From Octopus bimaculoides (lineage: Eukaryota): DNA of 64,000 nt. Numbering within the stretch: position 1 is the first letter of the stretch; every line of letters starts with the position of its first letter. This document shows, piece after piece, positions 36,775-50,186 of this stretch. The stretch covers positions 37,086,725 to 37,150,724 of the forward strand of contig NC_068992.1 of the NCBI RefSeq assembly GCF_001194135.2, read 5' to 3'. The notes under the pieces were generated by a model. The model made no database searches. It saw only the letters and a list, made by a program, of their open reading frames with translations, and was not told the origin of the DNA. A program made the translations under genes and the position numbers.

Positions 36775-39700
36775 CAGTGGTTCTCAAACTGGGGTCCGTG
36801 GTCCCCTAGGGAACTGTAAAGCGATTTAAGGGGGACTGAAGGAATGCTGAAGTTTCGTGGAAACAAGTGACTTGAGAAAGCCAAGTTTAAAAATTTCAAG
36901 ACTTTCAGTTTTTCACATGCTATCATCCTTTTTTGTTGTTGGCCTCAAAGACCCCATGCCACTCTGACACACGCATTTGCTAATCACACTTGTTGTACAA
37001 GTGTGACTGGCTGATCGAAAATATGCAGGTATAACAGTTGATTGTGCATGCGCTGTCAGTTTTCTATGCTCACATGATTCACCACTCCACTATTGCAATC
37101 CACATGTTTACATGTCTCTCGCTACCATTATCTTCATCAGTACATGTTCCCGCATGAATTTGCCCTTCGCCAGACATCCATTCTCATCCTGCATGGTGGC
37201 TGGACTTTATAAGACATGGTTGTTTTCATGGCAATATGTTCCAACAGAACTGTCTTCTCAATGGTTATTAATTCATGGAGTTTTATCTACAGACAAAACA
37301 ATGCTCATGTGCACTTTGGATTTCTTCCATAATTAATAGTGAGAGGTAAGCTTTATTGTTAATTAGTGCACCCAAAAGCTAGCTACACTAAGGCATATAT
37401 GCACACCCGTAGTATAAGATAAATGTGAAACAAATATACAATGTAGTTATATTCAATTGGTTTACTGAATTTTATCTTTTTATATAATGCCTCCAAAAAA
37501 GTGAGATATGATGAATCTTATTTAAAATTCAGTTTTACTGTGATAAAGTCTGGTGGAGAAGGAAACCACAGTGTGTCTTGTGCTCCAAGGTCTTGGCATC
37601 TACTTCACTAAAGCCCAGCAAGTTAAAGAGGCCCTTTGAAATGAAGCATCTTAGTTCAATAAAATAAAGATGCTGACTTCTTCAGACATGAAGCCGACAG
37701 ATTGATGAAATCCAGACTTGATGACATGGGAATGTTTTCACCAGATATTACTGCTGGTTTGAAAGCATCCTGTGAAATTTCAAAGAAAATAGCTGTTGCC
37801 AAAAAACTTCACAATATTGGCAAAGAGTTGACAATATTGGCAAAGGTATCATATCCAATGTGCTAGGAAGTTCTGAACTTCAGAAGCCAAAGCATGTCTC
37901 TCTCAAATGATACTGTTAGCAGATGAATATCTGAGCTGATAACATTCTGTCGCAGTTGATCTCTAAGATTCACAACTCACTTTTGAACATTTTCATGATC
38001 CAGCTTCATGAAACAACAGCTGTTGCCAACTTAACCCAACTTTGCATCTATCGTTATGTACACCTGGAGGATGAATTCCTGTTTTGCAAAACCCTCAGCA
38101 CAGAAACAACTACAAGGGAAATATTTAACATAGTGAACAAGTTTTTTGAGGCACATGATATCAACTGGGACCATATCATTGGCATGTGCACTGATGACGC
38201 TCCGGTGATGCTTGGTTGCCATTCCGGTTTTCAGACTTTGATGAAAGAAAAATCCCCAGGTAATATAGATACACACTGCACAAGCACTAATGGTAAAAAC
38301 CATGCCTGATGAGTTAAAAAATGTTCTGAATTAAGTGATTACAGTAGTGAACATCATCAAAGTGAACACACTCAACTCCCATCTGTTTGCTGAGTTGTGC
38401 AAAGAAAGTGATTCTGAATTTGAAACACTTCTGTTGTACTCAGAAGTGAGATGGCTTTTGAGAGGAAAAATAATATGTCCATGATTTTTTACAAGATGCC
38501 AAGCCAGATTTGCATGCCAAATACTCTGATGTTCATTTTCTGATCTGCTTGGCATTTTTGGTGGTCATATTCAAGTCAGTGAATCTTTCACTGCAAGAGA
38601 AAGATACAACCATGTTTCATTCTCATATAAAACTAACTGCTTTTAAAATGAAGCTTGAACTTTGGCACCCAAGGCTAGATAGAAAGAACTTTGCATCATT
38701 TCCTCAACTAAACATGTTTATTGATGAAAACAAGCTTCAAATCGATGACAAAATATTGTTGAACTCATGAAACAACATGTGTCAATACTTGGCAGAGAAA
38801 TATTCTCTTTATTTTCCTGATCTTCATGACTTTGACAAATACTTCTGCTTTATCAGGAACCCCTTTGTACTCTCTGTTAGCAATCTACCTACAGGAGACA
38901 ATTTAATTCAAGAGCAATTCATTGATTTGATCTATGATTGAGATGCAAAATGTTTTTTTCCATAAAATGCACTGTTCTGACTTTTGGATTGAAATGGCAT
39001 AGTCATATCTTGATGTTGCAAAGATGCCTCTTAAAGTACTGATGCCATTTCCAACCAACAATGAATGTGAGACCATATTTTCCACTTGCCTTGCCATCAA
39101 AACAAAGTCACAAAATTGACTGGATATCACACCAGAAATGAGGGCTGCCCTCTCCAAAACAGAGCCAAACATAGAAGAGCTGGTTACTTTGCTGTAAATA
39201 AAATGACAGATGGTCTGTTTTTGTGAATAAATAATTTCTGATATAATTTTTCTTTTGTTGTCATGTTATGTATCAGAGATTCAGGAAAAAGGATGAAAAA
39301 CCTTCAGGAGAGGAGGAGATGACTGTTTCTACTAAAATTGTGGTTTTCTGTGCATACTAGTGGTCCAATTAGCAGAAACTTCTGTACATTTTGGGATGCT
39401 ATTATATTTTTTCTGCTGAAAAAGATCTAAATTGGTTGAAATGCACCTCTTGGATAATCAATACAAGGAGTGACTGGACAATGGAGAGGAATAGCATCCC
39501 AAACATGATGAAAGGGGAAGGTGATGCCAAAAGTCCAAGAACCACTGTCATGTACAAATATATACTGTAGTTTTCAGTGTATTATCCACAGTTTCTTTCT
39601 GCCAAATGGGCATAAATGGGTCTTATGCAGTTGTTAATAAAGGATGCTCAAGATACTTTTGGACTGCTTTCATTTCTCATTTGTTTTGTAACCAATTGAT

Positions 39701-39947
39701 CAATTGATTCCTCATATTTTCATGTATGTTTATTGTATCCCAATGGGGCATTGCCTGGATTAAGTAGTGGTTTTCAGGGTTGCGGGTCTATGGGCAGTGT
39801 GGTTCATAGTCCGGAAATTATGCTACACAAATGTATGTCATATTTTTCCATGTTGATTATCCTGCATTTTATAGGGGACCATGAATCATCAAAGAAACTA
39901 TAAGGGGACTAACACATAAAATGTTTTGAAAAGTTTGAGAACCACTG
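36775..39947 (+). mobile_element. hAT (Charlie/Buster-like) DNA transposon, 3173 bp, both ends intact
   Basis: Perfect 16-bp TIRs CAGTGGTTCTCAAACT (36775-36790; revcomp 39932-39947); identical 8-bp TSD ATCTAGTG (36767-36774, 39948-39955). Confidence 0.95.
37487..39185 (+). pseudogene. Frameshifted hAT transposase with BED zinc finger (ZBED5/ZBED8/Buster-type)
   Basis: MPPKK...YDESYLKF...PQCVLCSKVLASTSLKPSKLKR; IQLHETT; IGMCTDDAPVMLG; LLYSEVRWLLRG; VLMPFPT. Confidence 0.88.
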
Positions 39948-41639
39948 ATCTAGTGGATGCTAAAATTCCAATGAAAGTTACAAACCAGCTCTTTTTCCAT
40001 TGTCGAGAAATCATCATTATCATTGTAATGTCCACTTTTCCATCTTCACATGGGTCAGATAGAATTTGGTGAGGTAGGTCTTCTATAGCTGACTGCCCAT
40101 CCTGTTGCCAACCCTCAACTGCTTGCAAATAAGGCAATATTTCCCCATGACCTGTTTTTATGGAAGATTGGAAATGAACCCCATTTGCATGTCAGTGATA
40201 CTCGTGTTTAGCTATCACCTGATGACAAAGAAAAGAGACTCAAATACACACACACACACACACACAAATGTGCAGAAATCCATACATATTTGATTAAGTG
40301 GGGGGGATCTATTGAGGATCAAGGCATATCAAAATAAAGCCCACCACAATTAATGGCTGACCAGAATGATGCAAAGCAGACAGTTAAGTAATTCATTAAC
40401 AGAATGGAAGGCATCAATGAAGATAAGTTCAATTGCTTGGTAATCCACACCTTCAATAGCACCCAAAAGTATCCAAAGATAAGTATAAGCATAATAAAAA
40501 CAGATGAGTGGATTATCTGGTACTGATACAAATGTTTCATTAAGAGTCTTTATTACAACATAAACATACTACACTCAGTTATGTAGTAAGAACAACATCC
40601 ATAAGAATATGTATTGTTATGAAACTTTCAACTCATCAGGCTCACCAAATATACAAGTAAGCGGTAACATGCTGATTACTCAACAGATCATCAAGTAAAT
40701 TTCTAAATCAGAATTACCAATACTTATGAAATGTGAAATGGGTGGGACTATAATATGTTAATCACATGAATAGATAGCAAAATAAGGATGTAAATTATAG
40801 AGTAATTAAAAGGCATATCTATTCTAAAGATGTCATTATACTTCACAACCTCACTCATAAAGGATGATACTGGCAAAACAAGCTTATGTACCAGCAGATA
40901 GCAAGCATCAAGCATAACATTTGACCTCATCAAAACATAGTTGAAGACAGTTAACTAACATTGTTCTCAAAAGCCATTTACTTTGTTTAGTACATCCAAG
41001 GAATGACATGGTTAATAAATTTCAATATTATTTATTCATTTACTTAGTTCTTCTTAATTAAATGCTCTGACTGATTATTGAAGAACTAATAGAATATCAA
41101 GGCTAATTCATAGAAAATAATTTGAGAAAAAATCCAGAGAAAAGTGAAGGTCACAACAAAATTTCAGAGAATTGGGAGGGAAAAGAAGTAGGGAAAGGAA
41201 AAATAAAATAATTAATATATAGAAATATCCATAATTGAAGTGCCAGCGACCATAACCTACAAATACTTAAACAGAAACAAAGTAAGATAGTTGTAATAGA
41301 GAAAGGAGACAACACAGTTGTCAGGAAGATGACATTGTCATAAACAAACAAATAAATGTGTATACTAGACTAATGAAAATAATTTAGGCAATAATCAATG
41401 TCACCATAAAGATCGAAATATCTAAATTTATGTTAGGTAAATATCAAAATTTAGAGAGATCAGTTATATAGCTGTAATGAAGTTACAAGTTGAAAGGCTA
41501 GAATTAATAGAGAAGGAAAAACAACTTATATTCTCAATAAAAAGAAAAATGAAAACCATGAATTTCAACATTTCTATCAACCAATATTGTCACATAATTA
41601 TTGATAAATTAGATCACTACTATAATAATATAAAATTAC

Positions 41640-42340
41640 TCTTTTACTTGTTTCAGTCATTTGACTGTGGCCATGCTGGAGCACCACCTTTAGTCGAGCA
41701 AATCGACCCTGGGACTTCTTCTTTGTAAGCCTAGTACTTATTCTATCATTCTCTTTTGCCGAACCGCTAAGTGATGGGGACATAAACACACCAGCATCGG
41801 TTGTCAAGCAATGCTAGGGAGACAAACACACACATGTTGGCACTCCATCGCTTACGACGTTGAGGGTTCCAGTTGATCCGATCAACGGAACAGCCTGCTC
41901 GTGAAATTAACGTGCAAGTGGCTGAGCACTCCACAGACACGTGTACCCTTAATGTAGTTCTCGGGGATATTCAGTGTGACACAGTATGACANNNNNNNNN
42001 NNNNNNNNNNNNNNNNNNNNNNNNNNNNNNNNNNNNNNNNNNNNNNNNNNNNNNNNNNNNNNNNNNNNNNNNNTATTGCGCCTCCACAACACACATATAT
42101 ATATATACATATATACGATGGGCTTCTTTCAGTTTCCGTCTACCAAATCCACTCACAAGGCTTTGGTCGGCCCGAGGCTATAGTAGAAGACACTTGCCCA
42201 AGATGCCAAGCAGTGGGACTGAACGTGGAACCATGTGGTTGGTAAGCAAGCTACTTACTACACAGCCACTCCTGTGCCTATACAGCCACTCCTGTGCCTA
42301 TACAGCCACTCCTGTGCCTATACAGCCATTCCTGCGCCAT
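41640..42340 (-). mobile_element. tRNA-derived SINE composite spanning a gap, with 4x 20-bp tandem repeat of its 5' end (42261-42340)
   Basis: Reverse complement of 3438-3845 family; TACAGCCACTCCTGTGCCTA x4; a different repeat core inserted at ~41835-41990. Confidence 0.85.
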
Positions 42341-42538
42341 GTGGAGAGTTTTAAGAAAATGTTAAAAGAACTTATAAGAATTATAAATAATTATATAGGC
42401 CAGCAATGTTAATAAATGTTGAAAGAATTTATAGGATTATAACAAATTGTAAAGTATTATAAAGGCCATAACTAGGGAGAGTGAAGCAAATATCATAAAG
42501 ATATCACCTAAAGATAGAAGCAAATTGAATAAATTATC

Positions 42539-43215
42539 ATCATCATCATCATCATCGTTTAACGTCCACTTTCCATGCTGGCATGGGTTGGACGATTTGA
42601 CTGAGGACTGGTTAAACCAGATGGCTACACCAGGCTCCAATCTGATCTGGCAGAATTTCTACAGCTGGATGCCCTTCCTAACGTCAACCACTCCGAGAGT
42701 GTAGTGGGTGCTTTTATGTGCCACCGGCACGAGGGCCGTTCAGACAGTACTGGCAATGGCCACTCTCAAACGCTGTTTTTTATGTGCCACCTGCACAGGA
42801 GCCAGTTCAGCGGCACTGGCAATGACCTAGCTTGAATATTGTTTTTCACGTGCTACTGGCACAATTACTAGTAAAGCGACACTGGTAATGATCACACTCA
42901 AATGGTGCTTTTTATGTGCCACTGGCATGGGAGCCAGTCAGTGACCCTGGCAACGATCATGCTCAGATGGTGCTTTTAGCGCTCCACTAGCACAGATGCC
43001 AGTCATGTGGTGTTGTCATCGAATTTGATTTTAATTTCGATTTCACTTGCCTCAACAGGTCTTCGCAAGCAGAGTTTAGTGTCCAATGAAGGAAAAGTAC
43101 ACATAAGTGGGTTGGTTACACCCCTGGCATAGGCCACAGGTTATGGTCTCACTTGGCTTGCCGAGTCTTCTCAAGCACAGCATATTTCCAAAGATCTCAG
43201 TCACTAGTCATTGCC
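42539..43215 (-). mobile_element. RTE-related non-autonomous element with (GAT)n tail and ~60-bp internal repeats
   Basis: (CAT)n-TTTAACGTCCACTTTCCATGCTGGCATGGGTTGGACG end shared with 45130, 47760, 61548 and 63296 copies. Confidence 0.75.
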
Positions 43216-44659
43216 TAAAATCAGTCATTGGTTAGTCATTAGAACCAAGGGTACACAAAAGTAGCTTAAATATGATCAGTTATACACATATACACACACA
43301 CACATACACATACATACGCATACATATGGTTATGGAGCTAGAGGGGATGACAATGATTTTGATGATGATAAATATTAAAGTTTATTCATTTTTAAAGAAT
43401 ACTATTCAGATGAAAATGTAATAACTTTCCCAACACAAATCAAACCTCACGCTTCCTCATGGCTGATCAAATAAGTCAACCATTATGCAGTTAGTTTAAT
43501 ACTTACAATTAATGGTTTATGTCTGCATGTTTAGTGTTTGCTACATCACAGATACACATGACAAACTTCTAGAAAATTTTGTGCAATTCAGCATTACACC
43601 AATTAGATGATATATAATGAATCATTGAAAGAATAAGTGGTGGTGGTGGTAGGGTGGTCATATTAGAAAGTGTGTTGCTTTATATAGAGGCCATTTGAGC
43701 AGTAATTCAGTACTCTGTCATCTTAACCATCTTATAATATATATCACAAGGAAAACATCAACAACGACAATGGTGAAACTTACAAGATTAAGTCATCTCT
43801 TCAATTCCAGAAAAAATATATCCAAGGAGTTCACTCCATTAATATTTTATTTATTGACCAAACCAAACAACTCCATCATATCCATACAAACGTTAGTCCT
43901 ACTGAGCACAACATCACACCACCACATCCACTGACATCAAATTTATCCACCATTAACATCACTATCATCACATCTAGGAATTTCACCCATCACCTCACCA
44001 CTTTCTACATATTTACTATTCACTGATACATATATATATATATATATATGTCACCAAAGACAAATTCTTACCTTGATATCATAGCCAATGCCATGAGCTC
44101 GGCACATTTGGAAAAATACACTGTAGTGGATGATTGATAAATTTGAATGATACAACTTTGTACTCAACACACCGTACCGGTAGTGCTTCTGAAAATCAAT
44201 TATAGAATATTTTAGAAATTTCTTACAGCAAGCAGTGATAAATAAGTTATATTTTCATAAACATATTACTCAGTTTTTAGCAACTATAAATTTAAGGCAG
44301 TGTGTTTCACTTCAGTCAAGTTAGCATACCAATCCTGCATGTGTACACATACATCCAGAAAGATATGCATGCATACATGTGCATATTTTAGTTACAAATC
44401 TATATGCATGTATAAGTGTGTGTGTTAGTTAATGTAGTTAATGTACATCATAAATACAATATCTTTATTTAAGTACATATTAGTCATCGCATAGGTTCTG
44501 TCCAATTTTACCTTTTTAAAATTGAATGAAATTTATAGTATTTTAGAATGTCTAATGGAATTAAAAATTATTTAAATGCATTTATGTACATTTACACTAA
44601 TTAAATACTATTTTACAGAATGATAGAATTAAAATTTCTTAGATTAAAACCCTTTCTAA

Positions 44660-45050
44660 CATGGAAGTATCCAAAGTGCATTTGAGACATAATGCTTTAT
44701 GAGTACAAAAAAGGAAACTCTACAGCTGAAGCAACTCGAAACATACACTCAGTTTATGGAACTTGCAGAAGATGGTTTGAAAAATTCAGAAGTGGAGATT
44801 TCAGCCTTGAAGATGAAGATTGAACAGGTTGTCTGGTTGAGTTTGATGATAAACTCCTTGAGGCATTACTTGAAGAAAATTCTGCATTATCAGCTGAAGA
44901 ATTGGCGATAAAGCTTAGTTCAAACCATACAACTGTTCATCATCATCTTCAACAACTTGGAAAATGAGTGCCTCATGAATTGTCCAAAAGCAACCACAAA
45001 TCCCGCATTGACATCTGCTCTTCTCTCCATTCTTGCGAACTCATTTCACC
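44660..45050 (+). mobile_element. Mariner transposase N-terminal remnant, internally deleted
   Basis: MEVSKVHLR...LYEYKKGNSTAEATRNIHSVYG...F...DFSLEDED...VHHHLQQLGK. Confidence 0.75.
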
Positions 45051-45129
45051 CTAGATGCACACATGTATCACACAAACACTCATATGTATGTATATTTGTA
45101 TGTATCATGAATGTATGTGTATATGTATG

Positions 45130-45340
45130 TATCATCATCATCATTTAACGTCCATTTTTCATGCTGGCATGGGTTGGACGGTTTGACTGGTACTGACTGG
45201 CTGAAGGGCTGTTCAGGCTTCAATGTCAGTTTTGGCATGGTTTCTATGGCTAGATATACTTCCTAATGCCAACCACTTTACAGAGTGTACTGGGTGCTTT
45301 TATGCAGTACTGGCACAGGTGTTTTTTATATATGTATATT

Positions 45341-45390
<50 letters not shown>

Positions 45391-45464
45391 TACCACCACC
45401 ACCACCACCACCACCACCATCACCACCACTACCACCACCACCATCATCCTCATCATCATTATTG

Positions 45465-45535
<71 letters not shown>

Positions 45536-45536
45536 G
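45130..45536. repeat. Short RTE-tail repeat (45130-45325) followed by compound (ATC)n(ACC)n(ATT)n microsatellite (45338-45536)
   Basis: Direct reading; homology to 42539 family. Confidence 0.85.
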
Positions 45537-46326
45537 GACTCTCTTGTTTGACAGGATGTTTCCCAGATAGTAGAATTTTGGTACAGCATTTAGAGAGTTG
45601 TTGTAGAGGATGACACATGAATTTATGTATATATACTTTTGGTACATCATTATCATCTTAGTTTTAATGATCACTCTTTCACACAAGGTAAATAGGTATG
45701 CCAAATATCATATAACCAATTGTCTCAATTATACATCATCATGTCTCAGTGATCCAAGATGCTGAAATTTAACTTCACTATTTCTTCCTATGTCTGATGT
45801 TTACTATCTCTTTGTATCACATACAGACTCATAATTATACAGTTACTCCACCGTGTTGAATCATTCAATGGTCATCCAATCTCTCAGCTCATCATGCAGT
45901 TCTACTCATTTTATGAAAGTTAAATCCAACAAATTTTAACCAACTCATTCTCTCCAACATTCATTAACTGTGTGTCACCATTAAGCAACATTATTTGCTT
46001 TATTACATACTTCAGCGCCCAGGACTTCTACTCTCCTTCTTACTCTAGTTAGAATATTTCCAAACATCCCTAACACATTTAGGCTGTCTAGATAATGGAA
46101 AACACTAAACTAATAACAATTTTGAAAGTTGTCATGCTGTAATGAAAATTTCTGCCAAAGCACTAGTTTGTTAATATCCACATCTATACAGTCTGCATGT
46201 GAAAGGCAAAGTGCTGTACATCAAATACTCATGTTTTATTTTCTTCAATGCCTAAAGCTACTAAGAAGAATTAGAGAGAGCAACTTTAAAATTCAGTGAA
46301 AAACTAGATATGATTAACAAAATAGA

Positions 46327-46927
46327 ATGCATACTGAATAATCTTTAACTACAAGCCAAATATCATCCTATACATGCTGGGATGAGCTAAAATCATATTA
46401 ATAATACAAAAGTAATCTCTACAAAAGTATCTTAATGACAGAATATAACATCCAATTATCAGCTTTATATAACATTAAAAATATCTAGATATGACTGAAT
46501 GTTCTGAGCCTAACAATAAAATAGTCTGCATAAATCAAAATGTAAAAATATTATCAGAGTGATTTTTAATGTAGCTATATCTGAGTCTATAATTTTAGCT
46601 AAAGCTAAATATTTTAAAGAGAAAATAAATGAAAAGTTTCTGATATTTTATCCTGATCTTGTTGATCAAGTTACAATACATCAATTTTTATAACATTGAT
46701 TCCTAGCAAAACAGATTAAAAGGATACCTGCTCTGTTTAGTAGAGAAATATAACATTCCCATGAATCTCTTTGAGATGCTGAACAAAATGCATGTGATGG
46801 TTTCAAAATGAAAACCTGTAAATAAGCATGCATACTGAATAATCTTTAACTACAAGCCAAATATCATCCTATACATGCTGGGATGAGCTAAAATCATATT
46901 AATAATACAAAAGTAATCTCTACAAAA
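46327..46927 (+). repeat. Identical 100-bp direct repeat (46327-46426 and 46828-46927)
   Basis: ATGCATACTGAATAATC...GTAATCTCTACAAAA present twice, 501 bp apart. Confidence 0.92.
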
Positions 46928-47759
46928 TTAGTACACCAACAAATAACAGACTACTCATTACACATTCAATAGGATAGTATCTTAAATGCTACTTATCCCC
47001 AAGCAACAGAAGTTAAAAGTGTCATTTTTCATCATACCTAACCATGGAAAATATACTGAATCCCAAGAGTTCTTAAACAATACAATTTCATCAGGCGTTG
47101 TGATTAACAGGATAGTAATGGGAAACTTAGAACAGCAATTTTATGAAGCCTCAGTCTGAGCAAGTAATTAGATTCTGTTACATGAACTGAATATATATTC
47201 ATTATGTGTCCAGTGAGAAACTATCGTCAACAAAAACAACTGTCAATTTTCATTTTTCATACTTTCATTTATTGTACTGACACATATCAATGTATATGTT
47301 CACAGGCCATAAATCAAATTGTTTTCATGCTAATGACAACTGATGCAGTAGTCAGAGGGCACCAATATAAAATTGTTATAGTTGTATGTTTAACATAAAA
47401 ATATATATGCAAAAAGACATATTTGTAATGCATCTAAAAGTATGTAAAGAAACTTCAGAACTTCAGGAGGGCTTCTTGATATCTAGCTAAAATTATTACC
47501 TGTATAATAACAGAGCAGAGAGTCAATATATAGCAGTCCATGAATTCAATAGAAAACATGACTGAGACAACCATTCTCTGAAAATTCATTAATTTTTGCA
47601 TGAAGCTGCATTGAATGTAGAGAACATTACACAAAATGAAGCTCTCACATGACATGAGAGCTTCTACTTTGCTTACTAGGTGCATATAAATGTGAGCATT
47701 GGCACTCACAAAACTACTTCAGTTATATACCATGGCTATTTTTATTAATAAATACCTCT

Positions 47760-48060
47760 GCATCATCATTATCATCATTTAATATCTGTATTCCATGCTG
47801 ACATGGATTGAACAGATGACAGGATCAGACAAACCAGAGAACTATGTCAAGCTCCAATGTCTGTTTTGGCATAGTTTCTACATTTGGATTCCCTTCCCAA
47901 CCAGCACTAGTGAAGGTCATAAAGTAACTTGCAAGACAAGGAAAAGACCCCTTGACTGAGTAGTGTTGTAGTAGAGTGGGAGGTAGCATTATGTCAGATG
48001 TTGAGAGGTTAAAGTATGATAGAGAAGACAGGCATAGGTACCTTGCTATAGAGGGTGGGT
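47760..48060 (-). mobile_element. Degenerate RTE-tail repeat
   Basis: (CAT)n-TTTAATATCTGTATTCCATGCTGACATGGATTG, homologous to the 42539 family end. Confidence 0.6.
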
Positions 48061-48514
48061 GGTAGTAGCTGGAAAGAAGACAATGATGGTGGTGACTTGG
48101 AATGTTAAAATTCACTTCTCATCACATTTAGTTTTGTTGTTGCTTTTGACACAGTTATGTTGTCATTTGTTGCATTTTGAATATATAATGTAGTTTATAA
48201 AATTAGTTATCTCCTCAGTTTAGTTCATACCTATATGAGCAATAATATTTCCTCAAAGACAGAGGCATATAGCATGCATAAAATATATACACATATATTC
48301 ATTCATTTAACATTCATTTTTTCATGCTAATATAGATTAGACAAAAGTACTATTTTGTAGCCAGATGCTCTTCCTGTCACTTGTTTCCAGGTAAGGTAAT
48401 ATTACTTCATGCCTAAACATATTTTCATGGAAGACTGCTTATGTGATGGTGACACTTGTTTACAACTTTTACATGATGTCAAGACAAGGAGACACACGCA
48501 TGTATATATATACA

Positions 48515-48675
48515 TATATGATGGGCTTTTTCAGTTTCTGTCTACCAAATCTACTCAAATAGCTTTAATCAGCCTGGAACTATAGCAGAAGATACTCTCT
48601 CTCAATGTTTCCTGCAGTGGGACTAAACCTGATGTGGTAGGGAAGCAAACTTCTTAGTCACACAACCACAGCTGC
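48515..48675 (-). mobile_element. Degenerate SINE head/body fragment
   Basis: GATGGGCTTTTTCAGTTTCTGTCTACCAAATC...CAGTGGGACTAAACC, homologous to 42115-42260. Confidence 0.7.
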
Positions 48676-48678
48676 ACC

Positions 48679-48738
<60 letters not shown>

Positions 48739-48866
48739 TGAGCACACATGTGTGTGTGTATGAAGAGCATTGTAGTTTGCTTGAAGCATTGTAGCACAAA
48801 AGTAGAGTAATAAATGATAATGGAAATGAAGAAAGCTTCTAACAATGCAGAGATGAAAGTTGAAAA

Positions 48867-48906
48867 CCTTTATATATTTCAGGCACGAAAGCCCTTCTTC
48901 AGAAGG
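48867..48906 (-). ncRNA. Well-preserved minimal type I hammerhead-ribozyme-like motif
   Basis: CCTT CTGAAGA A GGGC tttcgt GCCT GAAA TATATA AAGG: stem I CCUU/AAGG, stem II GGGC/GCCU, palindromic AUAUAU stem III, UA cleavage site. Confidence 0.65.
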
Positions 48907-49069
48907 GTACAGTCAAAGAAATGTGTGTCTACATAATTTCTACCATTTGAATAGCTGGCTGGACAGTGACCATGTATTAGTCTGAGGCTTGTGCTATCAG
49001 CAACAGCTATCCAAATGATGGTCTTGCAGAAGTTGCACTGGGGATAAGGGTGGTGGAAGACTGGCTGTA

Positions 49070-50143
49070 AGTTGGCAGCAGTGGTGAGAAAGATGGCAAA
49101 TTTCCCTGGGAAATCATGGCAGCTGATTGCAATGGAAAATGAGGTTGCATGTCATCCTTTACTAAGAGCCTCATCAACCAAGTTGATGAAAAATGTCAAG
49201 TCTGTTTTCCCAATGCACTGGGATGAGCATTTTTATACTCCTGAACAGAATAACAATGTCTAGCCAGACTGATATTATCATCACCTCTTCTGAAAAGATG
49301 TCTGATGAGTTTTTATGCAAAATAAAAAATGGGTCCTCCACAACTATATTTGTCTAGGAAGCCTAAGCATTTTTCTTTAGGAATTTGATAATCTTGGCTA
49401 GTGATGTCTGGCCTTAACTCACTGCCAATTTATCTACTTGGCAACTTCTGTAAGGATCTTTTGGGGCATTTGCATGTGTTGGCTTTCACCTAGTGCCCTA
49501 GAACATCTGATTCAAATATCACTCTTCTTCATTGCTCTAATCTTTTTATTTGCTAAATGATCTGACTGATTACTGATACATGCTCAAGGCATCCAGAAAA
49601 CCCTTAAACTCCTTCGTGTGTCCAAAATAGGGAATAGAAATGTGGCTAATATTTGACAATGATGGACCAAAAGATCTCCCCTTTGCTATTTAACAAGATC
49701 TCTCAAACCTGGTCAAGTCCTACCAAATTTCTTCTGGAATGAAGCAGCCTTCCACAAGTGACCACAGCCAGAGTTTCCATTTCTTTTTCCAGATCATCAG
49801 TAGAAGTTTTGGCAAGCCTCATCAGTATCAGTTAGCAATTCTTGAAGAACTTGGATGTGGTATCACATAGCTCTGGAGAATATCCTGCCCAAGCTTTTTC
49901 CACTTCTGCCCTTACATCATTGACAATGAAGTATTCCATATTAAAAGGAGGGATGTGTAGCTTGGATGTTGACAACTGGAAAGAACAGTCCCCTAGTAAA
50001 ATGTTTCTCTTGATGTTACTGGTCACAGCTGTCAATCTACTCTCTGCTTCTTGCTTAGAGCACATAAGCTTTTCACTTTTTTTCCTTTCTGAATTAGAAC
50101 TAGAATGAACAAGAATGGGTTGTTAAAAAAGCCTTTCTTTGCT

Positions 50144-50186
<43 letters not shown>

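Larger units (their letters stand above)
35440..40015 (+). mobile_element. Internally deleted R4-like REL LINE copy 2 (same family as 27745-34078), 3' UTR split by hAT insertion
   Basis: EIKAVNEKLQHQKIVTERKIIN; KIWSKGEFNQDA; 36440-36680 aligns with 29150-29266 plus 33748-33880; UTR motif AAATTCCAATGAAAG...GCTCTTT resumes at ~39960. 5' boundary approximate. Confidence 0.75.

Noticed and set aside
45223-45618. Poly-His/Ile/Thr/Asn/Gly ORFs (also 10806-11082, 29196-29440, 27324-27524, 62754-63226)
   Set aside because: Translations of tri- and dinucleotide microsatellites; no coding evidence.
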